This document shows, piece by piece, positions 19,786 to 29,562 of a DNA stretch of 64,000 nt. The DNA is from Oligoflexales bacterium (lineage in GTDB: Bacteria > Bdellovibrionota_B > Oligoflexia > Oligoflexales > Bog-1112). The stretch covers positions 1 through 64,000 of the forward strand of contig JBGCEP010000027.1 of the NCBI GenBank assembly GCA_045106415.1. Reading direction: 5' to 3'. Position 1 is the stretch's first letter. The number at the start of each line of letters is the position of its first letter. A program made the position numbers and the translations under genes. The notes beneath the pieces were generated by a model, which had not been told where the DNA came from, did not search any database, and worked only from the letters and a program-made list of their open reading frames with translations.

Positions 19786-20730
19786 TTATCGTAGCTGCTT
19801 TCTATCAAGTGTACGAAACTCTCTTTCAAAATCTTGAATCACTTGATGGAGAGCTTTTAATTTTGAATAACCGCGATATGAGTGGGCAAGATTCGCAAGA
19901 CAGGAACTTTCTGTTCTTGCCCCCCCATACAGAGCTATTGCCATAGCATTGCCTTGAGATGCTGACTTCGTAATAGTTGATATCAATTCTAAAAAAAGCT
20001 GATCTTCGCACGTTTTCCACACACCCCAATGCTCAGCAGCAAGGTGGTACGCTTCATGAAACACCTCTCGTAATTCTTCTAACCTTTGAAGAAGCTCACC
20101 TTGTCTTTCAATTTCCCAGGCAACACAAAGAGTGTCTATGACTGTATCTTCTAACCACCTTCTACGCACAACAGGCTTTAAATCTGAACACCAGCGAAAA
20201 AACATAGACCCTTGATCTATAATGAGTTCTTCTAACCGACTCGGCTTAGTCAGACCAATTTCTCCTAAAGAGAGAGAGGGTGGGCCCATCACAAAGCAAG
20301 ATTTTTCAGAATTCTCTAACACCATATAGCTATCGTTTAACGCCCGGGTTGAAAATTGAGTTAACCCCCGCCGCCAGATAAAATTAGGGTAATTTTGGGA
20401 TGCAAACTGCAAAATATCTTCAATAGCTCCTCTACACGCAAGCACAATCGGTATTCCAGGTGTAAAGTAAGGCACATAGCGCTTAATAACTCCCAGTAAG
20501 TCATAAGCCTTAACGGTGATAATCACCATATTAGCAGAACTTAATGGAGCTTGGTTTAAACCGTAAACAAATAAAGATTCCCCCTGCCCCCACCCCTCAA
20601 AACGGACATTTCGCCCTTGTCCACGCCCTACGATAAGGGTTGGGACTCCACTCATTTGAAGTCGTGAAGCCACCGTCACACCGGCTTCACGGCTTCCAAC
20701 AACCACAACTTTTTTAGGAGGTAATGCCAC
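19786..20730 (-). CDS. Ketopantoate reductase (PanE)-like protein, degenerate
   Basis: VIITVKAYD and G-x-RTE motifs present; Rossmann glycine loop altered. Confidence 0.6.
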   Translation of the reverse strand: MALPPKKVVVVGSREAGVTVASRLQMSGVPTLIVGRGQGRNVRFEGWGQGESLFVYGLNQAPLSSANMVIITVKAYDLLGVIKRYVPYFTPGIPIVLACRGAIEDILQFASQNYPNFIWRRGLTQFSTRALNDSYMVLENSEKSCFVMGPPSLSLGEIGLTKPSRLEELIIDQGSMFFRWCSDLKPVVRRRWLEDTVIDTLCVAWEIERQGELLQRLEELREVFHEAYHLAAEHWGVWKTCEDQLFLELISTITKSASQGNAMAIALYGGARTESSCLANLAHSYRGYSKLKALHQVIQDFEREFRTLDRKQLR

Positions 20731-20845
20731 AAGAACCTCAATCTTATCATTGCCTCATTCCTATCGGAAGAAATCTTTTCTTTCACAATTATTTATCCTT
20801 CGACCCCAAAAATCCGATCCCTCCTTCAGAAGCAACGAGGGAGTT

Positions 20846-22039
20846 ATGGAACAACACCACTTTTCAATTGTCATCACAGATGACCGAAAACGGCTCTGGA
20901 AGTGGATCGACAATACGCTCCATGAGTTAGGAATTCGTAAGTTTAGACTTCCAAGTACGTTTCGAGTTCCCGAATCTGAGGATTTAATTGAGAAATCTCC
21001 CTATCTATTCATCCATTGGGAATCAAATCGCCTTGGGGGAAGCCTCATAGAAGAAATACTCGAACAACACCCTCATCAAGACCTCGATCAAATTATTGTT
21101 CTTACAACCTCTCCTACAAAAGAAGATGTCATCTATTTTAGTGAGCTCTGTTTAAAAAACATTATTCATATAAGATGGTTAGACACACACCTTTTACATG
21201 CGAAAAAACAAATTTCTAAAATCATCAACAAACACAATGATCAGCAAAACCCGTACGATCAAAATTTGTTACAAAAAATCAAAAAGCACTTTCAAAATCC
21301 TAAAAAAGAAAACACAGACACCCTCTTACTTGATTTAGAGGACAAGCTTCTACAATCATCACCAAAACAAACCGCAAGCGTGCTCGATTTCAAAGCCTGT
21401 GAAATGTGGCTCAAAGAACAACCCCTTGAAGCTTACGAGGCATGGGAAAAAGCTCATGAACAAAATCCTCAATACCCCCATACTCTTGAGCATCAATTTT
21501 TAGCTTTTAAACAAAAATGCAATTACAAAATGGCTCGACACACTCTCAAAAAACTACACCAACTCAATAAGAATAAAGCATCAAGATGGCTCGATTTAGG
21601 GTCGACACACCTTGAGCAAGAAAATTTACAAAAAGCAGAAGGGTGCTTCCTAGAAGCGATGCAAAGAGATCCACACAACCAAAAATTCGCACTCACTTTT
21701 GCAAATTTAAAGTTCTTGGAAGGCGAGTATGAAGTCGCCAAAAAATTTGCAGCAAAAGCCACATCGACTCAAGAACTCGCTTCTCTACTTAATTCACAGG
21801 GGATTCAAATGGTACGACGTGGAGAATATGAAGCTGCAACCAAGCATTATGAAAAAGCCCTTTTGGTTCTTAAAAACGATCAAAAAAGCGCTTCCATTTT
21901 TTATAACTTGAGTCTTTGCCTTTATAGGCAAGGTCACTACGAAGATGCTGCCGCTCTTGCACAAGTAAGCTTAATTAAAGAACCAGATCACACTAAAGCC
22001 TTAAGGCTCCTGTCGAATTTGCGAACAACTTCACCCTAG
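20846..22039 (+). CDS. Atypical receiver domain + TPR protein
   Basis: N-terminal IVITDD...IIVLTT; C-terminal TPRs (LNSQGIQMVRRGEYEAA, IFYNLSLCLY). ATG at 20846 after GAGGGAG. Confidence 0.75.
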   Translation: MEQHHFSIVITDDRKRLWKWIDNTLHELGIRKFRLPSTFRVPESEDLIEKSPYLFIHWESNRLGGSLIEEILEQHPHQDLDQIIVLTTSPTKEDVIYFSELCLKNIIHIRWLDTHLLHAKKQISKIINKHNDQQNPYDQNLLQKIKKHFQNPKKENTDTLLLDLEDKLLQSSPKQTASVLDFKACEMWLKEQPLEAYEAWEKAHEQNPQYPHTLEHQFLAFKQKCNYKMARHTLKKLHQLNKNKASRWLDLGSTHLEQENLQKAEGCFLEAMQRDPHNQKFALTFANLKFLEGEYEVAKKFAAKATSTQELASLLNSQGIQMVRRGEYEAATKHYEKALLVLKNDQKSASIFYNLSLCLYRQGHYEDAAALAQVSLIKEPDHTKALRLLSNLRTTSP

Positions 22040-22078
22040 TGACGACAATGATTTATGACTCAACACTATGAAATTTAA

Positions 22079-22111
22079 CAAAAAAAAAAAGGCTTCAACC
22101 GCCTCTTTTTT
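22079..22111. terminator. Bidirectional terminator
   Basis: A-run + aggc...gcct + T-run between convergent genes. Confidence 0.5.
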
Positions 22112-22136
22112 CATAAATTTTCAACAAACATAAAAA

Positions 22137-22511
22137 CTAACGAACCTCTGTTTCGTCCACATTATAATGGCGAGGCAATGTCTGTGCTTTTCGAATCAGC
22201 ATCGCTTGTTGGTTTCTCAGATACTGCACAATATTCTTATTATCAGGATCAACTTTTAATCGATCGATTTCTTGTTGAATATCATTAAGCTTCTCAACAT
22301 CACCTTCTTGTTGGTAAACTTCATCAAGGATATTATTAAAAGTATCTTTCTCTTCAGCTGTTAGACCAGTCGTATTGCTATAACGATGATACTTGTGAAT
22401 CGCCATAGGTTCTGTATCAACAACAACAGTACCATCTGACTTTTTTTCGATAATCACTCCAGGGTTTGTATACATCCCTGACTTTGGAACCAAATCCCCA
22501 ATATGCGCCAC
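22137..22511 (-). CDS. Hypothetical protein (paralogue B of tandem pair)
   Basis: 124 aa, AAAGGAG RBS; aligns with 22532-22918. Confidence 0.8.
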   Translation of the reverse strand: MAHIGDLVPKSGMYTNPGVIIEKKSDGTVVVDTEPMAIHKYHRYSNTTGLTAEEKDTFNNILDEVYQQEGDVEKLNDIQQEIDRLKVDPDNKNIVQYLRNQQAMLIRKAQTLPRHYNVDETEVR

Positions 22512-22531
22512 GATGAAGCTCCTTTCGAACG

Positions 22532-22918
22532 TTATGGTGCTTGTGAAGCCGAGACATCATAAACTCTCGGGTTCACGTGATGCGAAAACATCAAATGCGC
22601 TAATTCAGCTTTTAAGTATCCGATGAAACGAAGGTCCTTAGCATCTGCTGTGGTTTGTCTCTCTTCAACTTCATTTTTTAAGACCGCAATTCGCTCACGA
22701 ACATCATCATGAGACTTAACATCATCCATAATCTCATAAAAATCCTCCCTCGCTTCAGGTGCAAGCCCTTTCAGGTAACCATGACGAAAACCCTTTTGAA
22801 CTTCTTCTAAAGAACGGTCAACTTTGTGTGTATGAGTCTTTTTATCTTGTGCGATAATACGCCCTGGCACTCCACCTGCTCCGAAAAGAGGGTCTCCAAC
22901 TCGATAACTCATAATCAC
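22532..22918 (-). CDS. Hypothetical protein (paralogue A of tandem pair)
   Basis: GGAGG RBS; aligns with 22137-22511. Confidence 0.8.
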   Translation of the reverse strand: MIMSYRVGDPLFGAGGVPGRIIAQDKKTHTHKVDRSLEEVQKGFRHGYLKGLAPEAREDFYEIMDDVKSHDDVRERIAVLKNEVEERQTTADAKDLRFIGYLKAELAHLMFSHHVNPRVYDVSASQAP

Positions 22919-23007
22919 ACCTCCACACCTAGGAAGATCATAACATCAGCACAACTCCACAATATCAGGTAAATTTTTCCTGGAAGAGCTCCTTCTTTAA
23001 ATTTCCT

Positions 23008-23035
23008 TCAAGACAGCACTAAAAAAAGCCGATAT
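23008..23035 (+). promoter_or_regulatory. sigma-28-like promoter
   Basis: TCAAG-N15-GCCGATAT. Confidence 0.6.
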
Positions 23036-23088
23036 GACAGCATAGTTCTGTCGGGTAAAGCAACCCGTTGCGTATGTTGGGAGAAGTC

Positions 23089-23457
23089 ATGTCCACTTCA
23101 GTCATCAACTTAAGACATTATCGCAATAAACAGCGTGAGCTATGGAAAAAAAAGAACCTAGCAAGAGTTGGGCTCTTTATTCAACACTTCATTGAACAAC
23201 ACCATCCAGAACTTCAAATCATATCTAGCTACCGCGCTCAATGGCAATATCACGCAAGTGAAAGCGCTTGGGACTACCAGGATTTCAGAGATTTATTACA
23301 CACAAGCCTAGAAGAGCTGAGTCGTGCCGAGCTTTACCCTCGACTACAGACTCAGTGGTGGTTTGATACCACGCTCATTTCAAATGGAGAGGTCTTAGAA
23401 CTTTTTCTCGCAAATTTGCTCGAAGCAGTTCCTCTCAACGACCGAGAGTCTCTTTAG
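23089..23457 (+). CDS. Hypothetical protein
   Basis: ATG at 23089 after GGGAG; N-terminal VINLRHYR. Confidence 0.7.
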   Translation: MSTSVINLRHYRNKQRELWKKKNLARVGLFIQHFIEQHHPELQIISSYRAQWQYHASESAWDYQDFRDLLHTSLEELSRAELYPRLQTQWWFDTTLISNGEVLELFLANLLEAVPLNDRESL

Positions 23458-23693
23458 ACAGACTCTTCAACTGAAGGCTCAGCCATGAAAGGATCTAAAT
23501 TATCTTCAGGCTCCTTCATGTCGATATAACCTTCTGCAATTTCACGAAGGGCTGTGACCCCTTCTTTGTTTTTTGATTTCACAAAAGAATCTTCACCTGC
23601 CATCAACTGTCGAGCACGACTCGCTGCTGCTAACACAAGTTGAAACCGGTTCGGCATAACTGCCGTACAATCTTCGATTGATACCCTAGCCAT
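23454..23693 (-). CDS. rpoZ: RNA polymerase omega subunit
   Basis: MARVSIEDC..NRFQLVLAAASRARQL..K..VTALREIAEG. Confidence 0.96.
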   Translation of the reverse strand: MARVSIEDCTAVMPNRFQLVLAAASRARQLMAGEDSFVKSKNKEGVTALREIAEGYIDMKEPEDNLDPFMAEPSVEESV

Positions 23694-23791
23694 GATGATC
23701 TCCACCCAAGTAAAAGGACAGAGTATGCTACGCTGACTCTATCCTACGGTCAATGACATTTTTATATAATGCCATGATATTTGACTTTTGA

Positions 23792-24289
23792 ATGAGGGTT
23801 AAACCTATGAATCTGGAAACGTGGATCCAAAACTTAATCAAATCTCATCACAAGCAACATCCAAACAGCAGCTCATCTTCACGCGAGAATCATCTTCGCG
23901 AACACGAAAGTTGGTACAAATTTATAGACTTATGCGATCAATACACCTTAACTTTTAACCGTTTCTCCAAAGAAAAAATCACTTTCCACCACCTCGGGTC
24001 TGAATGTCAACTCAGTTTAAATCGTTCTCAGTTGAGTTTTCAATTATTGACCGGTATGATCAGGGCTCGCCTCACACGGGTTGAAGGTTACAATGTTGAG
24101 CAACTCCTTGATCATCACCTTCTTTCCGATCACGATGGATTCGGAGGTGTTTACTGGAAACTTGAACACAGAGTTTTTAGTGAAGATATGCTTCTGCGCA
24201 TGACACTTGAGGCTCTTGTCTCCACATACCAACACCCTCTTTATAAGGCTCAAAAACATGAATATCACATTCCCAATTCAAGAACCTGA
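23792..24289 (+). CDS. Hypothetical protein
   Basis: 165-aa ORF; no motif recognised. Confidence 0.6.
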   Translation: MRVKPMNLETWIQNLIKSHHKQHPNSSSSSRENHLREHESWYKFIDLCDQYTLTFNRFSKEKITFHHLGSECQLSLNRSQLSFQLLTGMIRARLTRVEGYNVEQLLDHHLLSDHDGFGGVYWKLEHRVFSEDMLLRMTLEALVSTYQHPLYKAQKHEYHIPNSRT

Positions 24290-24554
24290 ATCTATTCTTA
24301 AGACTCTACGAGCCACATTAGATGGAGACAGTTTTACAAAAGCGCTGTCTATTCAGAGGCAGAATAATGAGATGATAGTTCAAATCAAGAAAATGGGATC
24401 TAGCACATTCACGTTTCAAGAAGAAATTTCTCACGACACTATTATCTGGCGCCTTAAAAAAGAAAAAATCGCACTTGCTCATAGACCCCTTAAAGAAAAA
24501 ATGATCCAACAACTCTCAACGATTATCAAAAAAATGGGTGGTCAAATCACTTAA
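24258..24554 (+). CDS. Hypothetical protein
   Basis: Probable ATG at 24258; overlaps the upstream stop. Confidence 0.6.
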   Translation: MNITFPIQEPESILKTLRATLDGDSFTKALSIQRQNNEMIVQIKKMGSSTFTFQEEISHDTIIWRLKKEKIALAHRPLKEKMIQQLSTIIKKMGGQIT

Positions 24555-25065
24555 CAAAGCTTCTTGGATATAGTTCAGGGCCTTGAGGTTTTTGCAAAAA
24601 ACCACCTGCGAGCGACTGCACATTTAAGAAACCTTCAGACCTCCAACCCATAGCTGCCGCAAAACTACGTTGTCCATCGTTAGACATCATAACGACTTTT
24701 TTCTTTTGTTGCTTCCACTCTATGAGTAACGACTTCATTGGTTGTTCCCACAACCAATAACTATCTCTAAAACTACCTTGTTGCCATTCCCACTTTTGCC
24801 TGACATCCACCCAAATCACATCATCTTGAGAATCTAAAAGATCTGTGTGGTTGACTTCAGCGTTCAACTGTAAATCGAGCTGTTCATGCAAAACCTTTGA
24901 GACTTCCAACAATGGTTTTTCAACGAATTCCGCTAGATTTTTAACACTCATCGCCGAAGCATCAATATGATCACACGGAAAGATGTGAAAGCACTGATCT
25001 AAAACAGTAGATAAATATTTAATCTTTAAGTCTTTCAACAAAGTTTCCGGCGCCATCAGCATCAC
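24547..25065 (-). CDS. Rhodanese-like domain protein
   Basis: VDVRQKWEW, G-x-RS, GF-x-NV-x-SLAGG; active-site Cys position reads Ser. Confidence 0.85.
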   Translation of the reverse strand: MMLMAPETLLKDLKIKYLSTVLDQCFHIFPCDHIDASAMSVKNLAEFVEKPLLEVSKVLHEQLDLQLNAEVNHTDLLDSQDDVIWVDVRQKWEWQQGSFRDSYWLWEQPMKSLLIEWKQQKKKVVMMSNDGQRSFAAAMGWRSEGFLNVQSLAGGFLQKPQGPELYPRSFVK

Positions 25066-25231
25066 TCACGTTTTTAAATTTCTTATTTTTCTATATTTAG
25101 AAACATCCACGTCTCTTTATCGAAGGATGATACTCTGTACAACAAATCGGATTCAAATAAAAACTAACTTCTATTCATAAAAACTCTTCATTATCGTATA
25201 ACTTTATCTTAACCCATAGATGAGGTCCTCA

Positions 25232-25747
25232 ATGTCTAAAACACTACACAGCTACAAAGAGCACAAACCCACACTCGGAAAGGGAGTCTTTTTAGCTCCG
25301 GGAGTTCACATTATAGGGGATGTTCACATTGGGGATGACTCAAACATTTGGTTTAATACAGTCATACGAGGTGATGTTCATCATATTCGTATTGGAAAAA
25401 GAACAAATATTCAAGACAACACCACCATTCATGTCACCACAGGACTTTACCCGACTCTGCTTGGCAATGATGTAACAGTAGGGCACAATGCGATTCTTCA
25501 TGGATGCACGATTGAAGATGAGTGCCTGATCGGAATGGGTGCAATCGTCATGGACCAAGTGACTGTTGGACGCCAATGCATTATTGGTGCTGGATCTCTC
25601 CTACCGCAAGGAAAAACCTATCCAGAAGGCTCTCTCATTGTCGGATCACCAGCCACCGTACGTAGAAAACTTTCAAAAGAAGAAATCGCGGGGCTAAAAC
25701 ACTCTGCTACACACTATGTCGACATCGCAAAATCTTACAATTTATAA
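25232..25747 (+). CDS. Gamma-carbonic anhydrase family protein (YrdA-like)
   Basis: IRGDV, TNIQD, VGHNAILHGC hexapeptide repeats. Confidence 0.95.
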   Translation: MSKTLHSYKEHKPTLGKGVFLAPGVHIIGDVHIGDDSNIWFNTVIRGDVHHIRIGKRTNIQDNTTIHVTTGLYPTLLGNDVTVGHNAILHGCTIEDECLIGMGAIVMDQVTVGRQCIIGAGSLLPQGKTYPEGSLIVGSPATVRRKLSKEEIAGLKHSATHYVDIAKSYNL

Positions 25748-25779
25748 GTCAGATTCTTCCTTCAATAAGAGATTTTCAT

Positions 25780-28212
25780 ATGAATCAGCAAAAATCTATT
25801 CAAATCCTCGGCGCTCGAGAACACAACCTGAAAGACATCAATGTCAACATTCCAAAACACAAAGTAACAGTGATCACAGGAGTGAGTGGGTCAGGGAAAA
25901 GCTCTTTGGCTTTTGATACAATTCTTGCTGAATCACAAAGAAGGTTTTTCTCTACATTATCTCATTACAGTAGAAACATGTTAGATATGCAGCAAAAACC
26001 TCTCGTGCGTCAAATCAAAGGTTTATGTCCTGCCATCCAACTTGCACAGAAAGAAACTCGGCCCTCTTCTCGTGCAAATATCGCAAACGACACAGACCTT
26101 GGTGAACTTTTCGGTACCCTCTTTGCTCAATACTCTGAAACATTTTGTCCAATACATAAGACTCCAACTCAAGCTCAAAGCATTGATGCTATTGTCGACC
26201 ATATGATCAAAACATACGATCAAAGCATATACTGCATAAGCTTTCCTATTGTTCAGGAAAAAAAAGGACAGTTCAGTAAAGAGCTCAAAAAATACGAATT
26301 TTATGGCCAAATCATTTTAAATGAAAGCGTTCATAACCTTCCCCTTGAATCTAAAATACCTCAAACACAAAAAAATTCTCTGAGCGTGATTGTCGATACT
26401 CTTAAAATATCTTTAGAAAATCGCGACCGACTCCACGAAGCCCTCAGAGTTGCATGCCAAGAAGGAGGTGGTTCTTGCAACATCTATGCAACAGACCGCA
26501 CATGGAAAATCGGAGCCCCTGTTACCTTTAATCAAAAAGCAGGTTGTCAGTCTTGTGGTTTTTCATACCCTAAGATGGACGCTCGTTTTTTCTCCACAAA
26601 CTCCCTAGGGAAATGCCCTGAGTGTCAAGGAGCTCCAGAAGGGTGCCTTGCGTGTGAATACACCGGTTTAGATAAAATGCTACAAACAGTAACAATTCAT
26701 GGGTTTAGCTGGCCTCAATTGCTCAATTTTAACATTTCCTCCATTCAAAGCACCGTCGCTACATGGCAGTCTGAAAGCCTCGGTTTTAAAACCCTGCAAC
26801 AAGAAATACTAAAAATCACAGCTCGCATAGCCGATCATGGCCTCGGCCATTTAGAACTTCGCCGCACTCTCATTTCATTATCCGGCGGAGAACTGCAACG
26901 CTTAAGACTCAGTCACCTTCTCAGTGAAAATCTTCGTGGCCTTCTCTATGTTCTCGACGAACCAAGCCAAGGTCTTCACCCCCTAGAGATTAAAAATCTC
27001 ATGCAACAGGTCACAAAACTTAAAAACTTAGGTAACACCATTCTCATTGTCGATCACGATCAAGATGTAATGAGAGCCTCAGACCTGATTATTGACCTTG
27101 GCCCAAGTGGTGGTGAGCAAGGAGGGAAAGTATTAGCTTGTTTTCAACCAGATGACGCTCCAAAATATAAAAATATTTCAAAAACAGCAAAATACTTAAC
27201 GACACATCAACATCATCAAAATCCACCTTCATCTTTTTCGCAAAACACAATCTTATTAAACCGGCCTCGCCTTCACCATTTAAAAATGAATCAAGTGGAA
27301 ATACATCGTGGAAAACTCAATGTCATTTGTGGCCTTTCAGGTACCGGCAAAACCTCTCTCATGCAGTGCTTGCACGAAGCTTTAACTTCTCAAAACCCAC
27401 AATTAAGCCTTGGTTTAAATCATCATTACTCAAATGTGTTATGGGTAGATCGACAGCCGTTAGGAAAAAACTCTACCTCAACACCAGGATCTTGGCTTGG
27501 AGCATACCCCCTTATTAGAGAACTTTTCGCCTCACTTCCCGACGCTCAAATTTACGGCCTCACAAGCCGTGACTATTCTTTAGTTGCCAAGGATGGAGCT
27601 CGCTGCCCAAATTGCCAAGGCAAAGGGGTTGAAACAATAAGCATGAAATTTTTAAATGATAGCCATGTTCTTTGCCAACTTTGTTACGGAGAACGTTTTC
27701 TCTCTCCAGCAAAAGACATCCAGTGGAACGGAGTCACTATTCCTGACATTCTAAATTCAACTCTCGAACAAAATTGCAATATTTTTAAAAATCAGAAAAA
27801 AATACTACAGAAAATTCAGCCTGCTGTTGACCTTGGTATGGGATATTTAAAATTTGGACAACCGAACCACACCCTCTCTGGGGGGGAAGCTCAACGGCTT
27901 AAAATGACCCCTATGATGAATTCTCGTATGCGTTCTGAATCAATACTACTCATTGACGAACCCACACAAGGTTTACACCCATATGATATAGAATATCTTA
28001 TGAAGAGTTTCTCTCATCTCACCAACAACGAAGTGACCATCGTTGCAATTGAACATAGCCTTGACGTCATCACACAAGCTCAACATCTGATCGAATTAGG
28101 ACCGAGTGCTGGTGAAAAAGGAGGTTTTATTGAACATCAAGGCTCTCTTTCTGAGCTAATCATGAAAAAAACAGCCACAGCTCAAGCGCTCAGAAACAGC
28201 TCATTTTCATGA
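25780..28212 (+). CDS. uvrA: UvrA-like ABC ATPase (short paralogue)
   Basis: GAREHNLK, TGVSGSGKSSLAFDT, LSGGELQR, GLSGTGKT, CPNC-x-G, LSGGEAQRLK. Confidence 0.85.
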   Translation: MNQQKSIQILGAREHNLKDINVNIPKHKVTVITGVSGSGKSSLAFDTILAESQRRFFSTLSHYSRNMLDMQQKPLVRQIKGLCPAIQLAQKETRPSSRANIANDTDLGELFGTLFAQYSETFCPIHKTPTQAQSIDAIVDHMIKTYDQSIYCISFPIVQEKKGQFSKELKKYEFYGQIILNESVHNLPLESKIPQTQKNSLSVIVDTLKISLENRDRLHEALRVACQEGGGSCNIYATDRTWKIGAPVTFNQKAGCQSCGFSYPKMDARFFSTNSLGKCPECQGAPEGCLACEYTGLDKMLQTVTIHGFSWPQLLNFNISSIQSTVATWQSESLGFKTLQQEILKITARIADHGLGHLELRRTLISLSGGELQRLRLSHLLSENLRGLLYVLDEPSQGLHPLEIKNLMQQVTKLKNLGNTILIVDHDQDVMRASDLIIDLGPSGGEQGGKVLACFQPDDAPKYKNISKTAKYLTTHQHHQNPPSSFSQNTILLNRPRLHHLKMNQVEIHRGKLNVICGLSGTGKTSLMQCLHEALTSQNPQLSLGLNHHYSNVLWVDRQPLGKNSTSTPGSWLGAYPLIRELFASLPDAQIYGLTSRDYSLVAKDGARCPNCQGKGVETISMKFLNDSHVLCQLCYGERFLSPAKDIQWNGVTIPDILNSTLEQNCNIFKNQKKILQKIQPAVDLGMGYLKFGQPNHTLSGGEAQRLKMTPMMNSRMRSESILLIDEPTQGLHPYDIEYLMKSFSHLTNNEVTIVAIEHSLDVITQAQHLIELGPSAGEKGGFIEHQGSLSELIMKKTATAQALRNSSFS

Positions 28213-28344
28213 GCCCTTCAGCAAAAGTCAAACCTGACTCAAATATGAAAAGAGCACTAAGAATTTTTTCAATTTTAGCAAAATTTTTTGGATCATTCTG
28301 ATGCCACTCAAAAGATTTTACATAGCATGATGTGAACCGACAAG

Positions 28345-29562
28345 ATGAGTAAGGTCAAAACGACAACTGGTATGATAAATCAACCACCTTTTTCAATAGG
28401 CTTTACAATGAGTGTAATGAAAAGCTATCTACGAGATCAGTTTATTCTGGTCTTCGAACCTTCCGATGCCAGCAGACGTCATATTGGTGATTTCCTCGAA
28501 CGATTATGGCCACAAAAAGTCATTTTAGCATCTAAAACACAAGACATACCTCATCTTACCCATCGTAAAAAAGTTGGTCTTTATATAGCTGAGTGGCTTG
28601 ACCCTGAAGGGGACAGTGGTGTTGAGCTCTGTAAACACATTCGAAGACAAGGCGACCATTCTGCTTTTTTATTAATGGGGCAAGAAAAAACTCGTCAAGA
28701 TGTCATCCTTGCCTCAGAAGTAGGTATCGACGATTATCTTCTAAAACCTTTCTCATTTACTGATTTTTCTAAAAGAATTAGAACTCTATGCCAAAAGCTC
28801 CTCCACCCATCATATCTTGAACGACAGCTTAGAGACGCTGATTTTAAATACTTAAATCAAAAATACGATACTGCGTTCCATATTTATCAAGATATCATAC
28901 AAAAAAATCCCGAATCTTCTCGTGCAACTTGTGGCATGGCGAGCGTTGCTATCCAAAAAAAACAATGGGACCAAGCAAAGCTTTATTTGCAGCAAGCAAG
29001 AGTCCTCAACCCAGAATACATCCGCACACATCAGCTTTTATTAGAGATTTATCTTCATGAAAAAAATCATCAAAAAAGCTTCCAGACAGCTCAACATTTG
29101 CATAATTTAAGCCCTCAGAACCCTCGATATATTTTATCGTTAGCTCATATTTTTTTAGAGTTAGAAGATTTTTCTCAGTCTGAGAAAAATTTTCAGAAAA
29201 TATTACAGACTTGCCCACAACAAGCTGAAGCGTGGAAAGGTCTTGGACACATCTCTTTTGCACAAGAAAACTATGATAAAGCTGAAAAACTTTATCATAA
29301 AGCTCTCAAACTCGATCATGATGATGCCAGTATCTTAAATTCTATGGGTACAACATTTGTCCGTTTAGAAAAATATGAGGAAGGAATTCATTACTACCAA
29401 TTAGCCCTTTCTCTGGTACCCACAGAACCAAAAATTTTATACAATATAGGGTATGCTTATGAAAGATTTGGGAAACAAAATTTGGCCAGAGACTATTATC
29501 AACAAACTCTTAAAATCCAACCCGACCATATAAAATCCATCCAAGGGCTTGATCGCCTTTAA
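28345..29562 (+). CDS. Atypical receiver domain + TPR protein
   Basis: GIDDYLLKPF receiver end, followed by multiple TPRs. Confidence 0.85.
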   Translation: MSKVKTTTGMINQPPFSIGFTMSVMKSYLRDQFILVFEPSDASRRHIGDFLERLWPQKVILASKTQDIPHLTHRKKVGLYIAEWLDPEGDSGVELCKHIRRQGDHSAFLLMGQEKTRQDVILASEVGIDDYLLKPFSFTDFSKRIRTLCQKLLHPSYLERQLRDADFKYLNQKYDTAFHIYQDIIQKNPESSRATCGMASVAIQKKQWDQAKLYLQQARVLNPEYIRTHQLLLEIYLHEKNHQKSFQTAQHLHNLSPQNPRYILSLAHIFLELEDFSQSEKNFQKILQTCPQQAEAWKGLGHISFAQENYDKAEKLYHKALKLDHDDASILNSMGTTFVRLEKYEEGIHYYQLALSLVPTEPKILYNIGYAYERFGKQNLARDYYQQTLKIQPDHIKSIQGLDRL

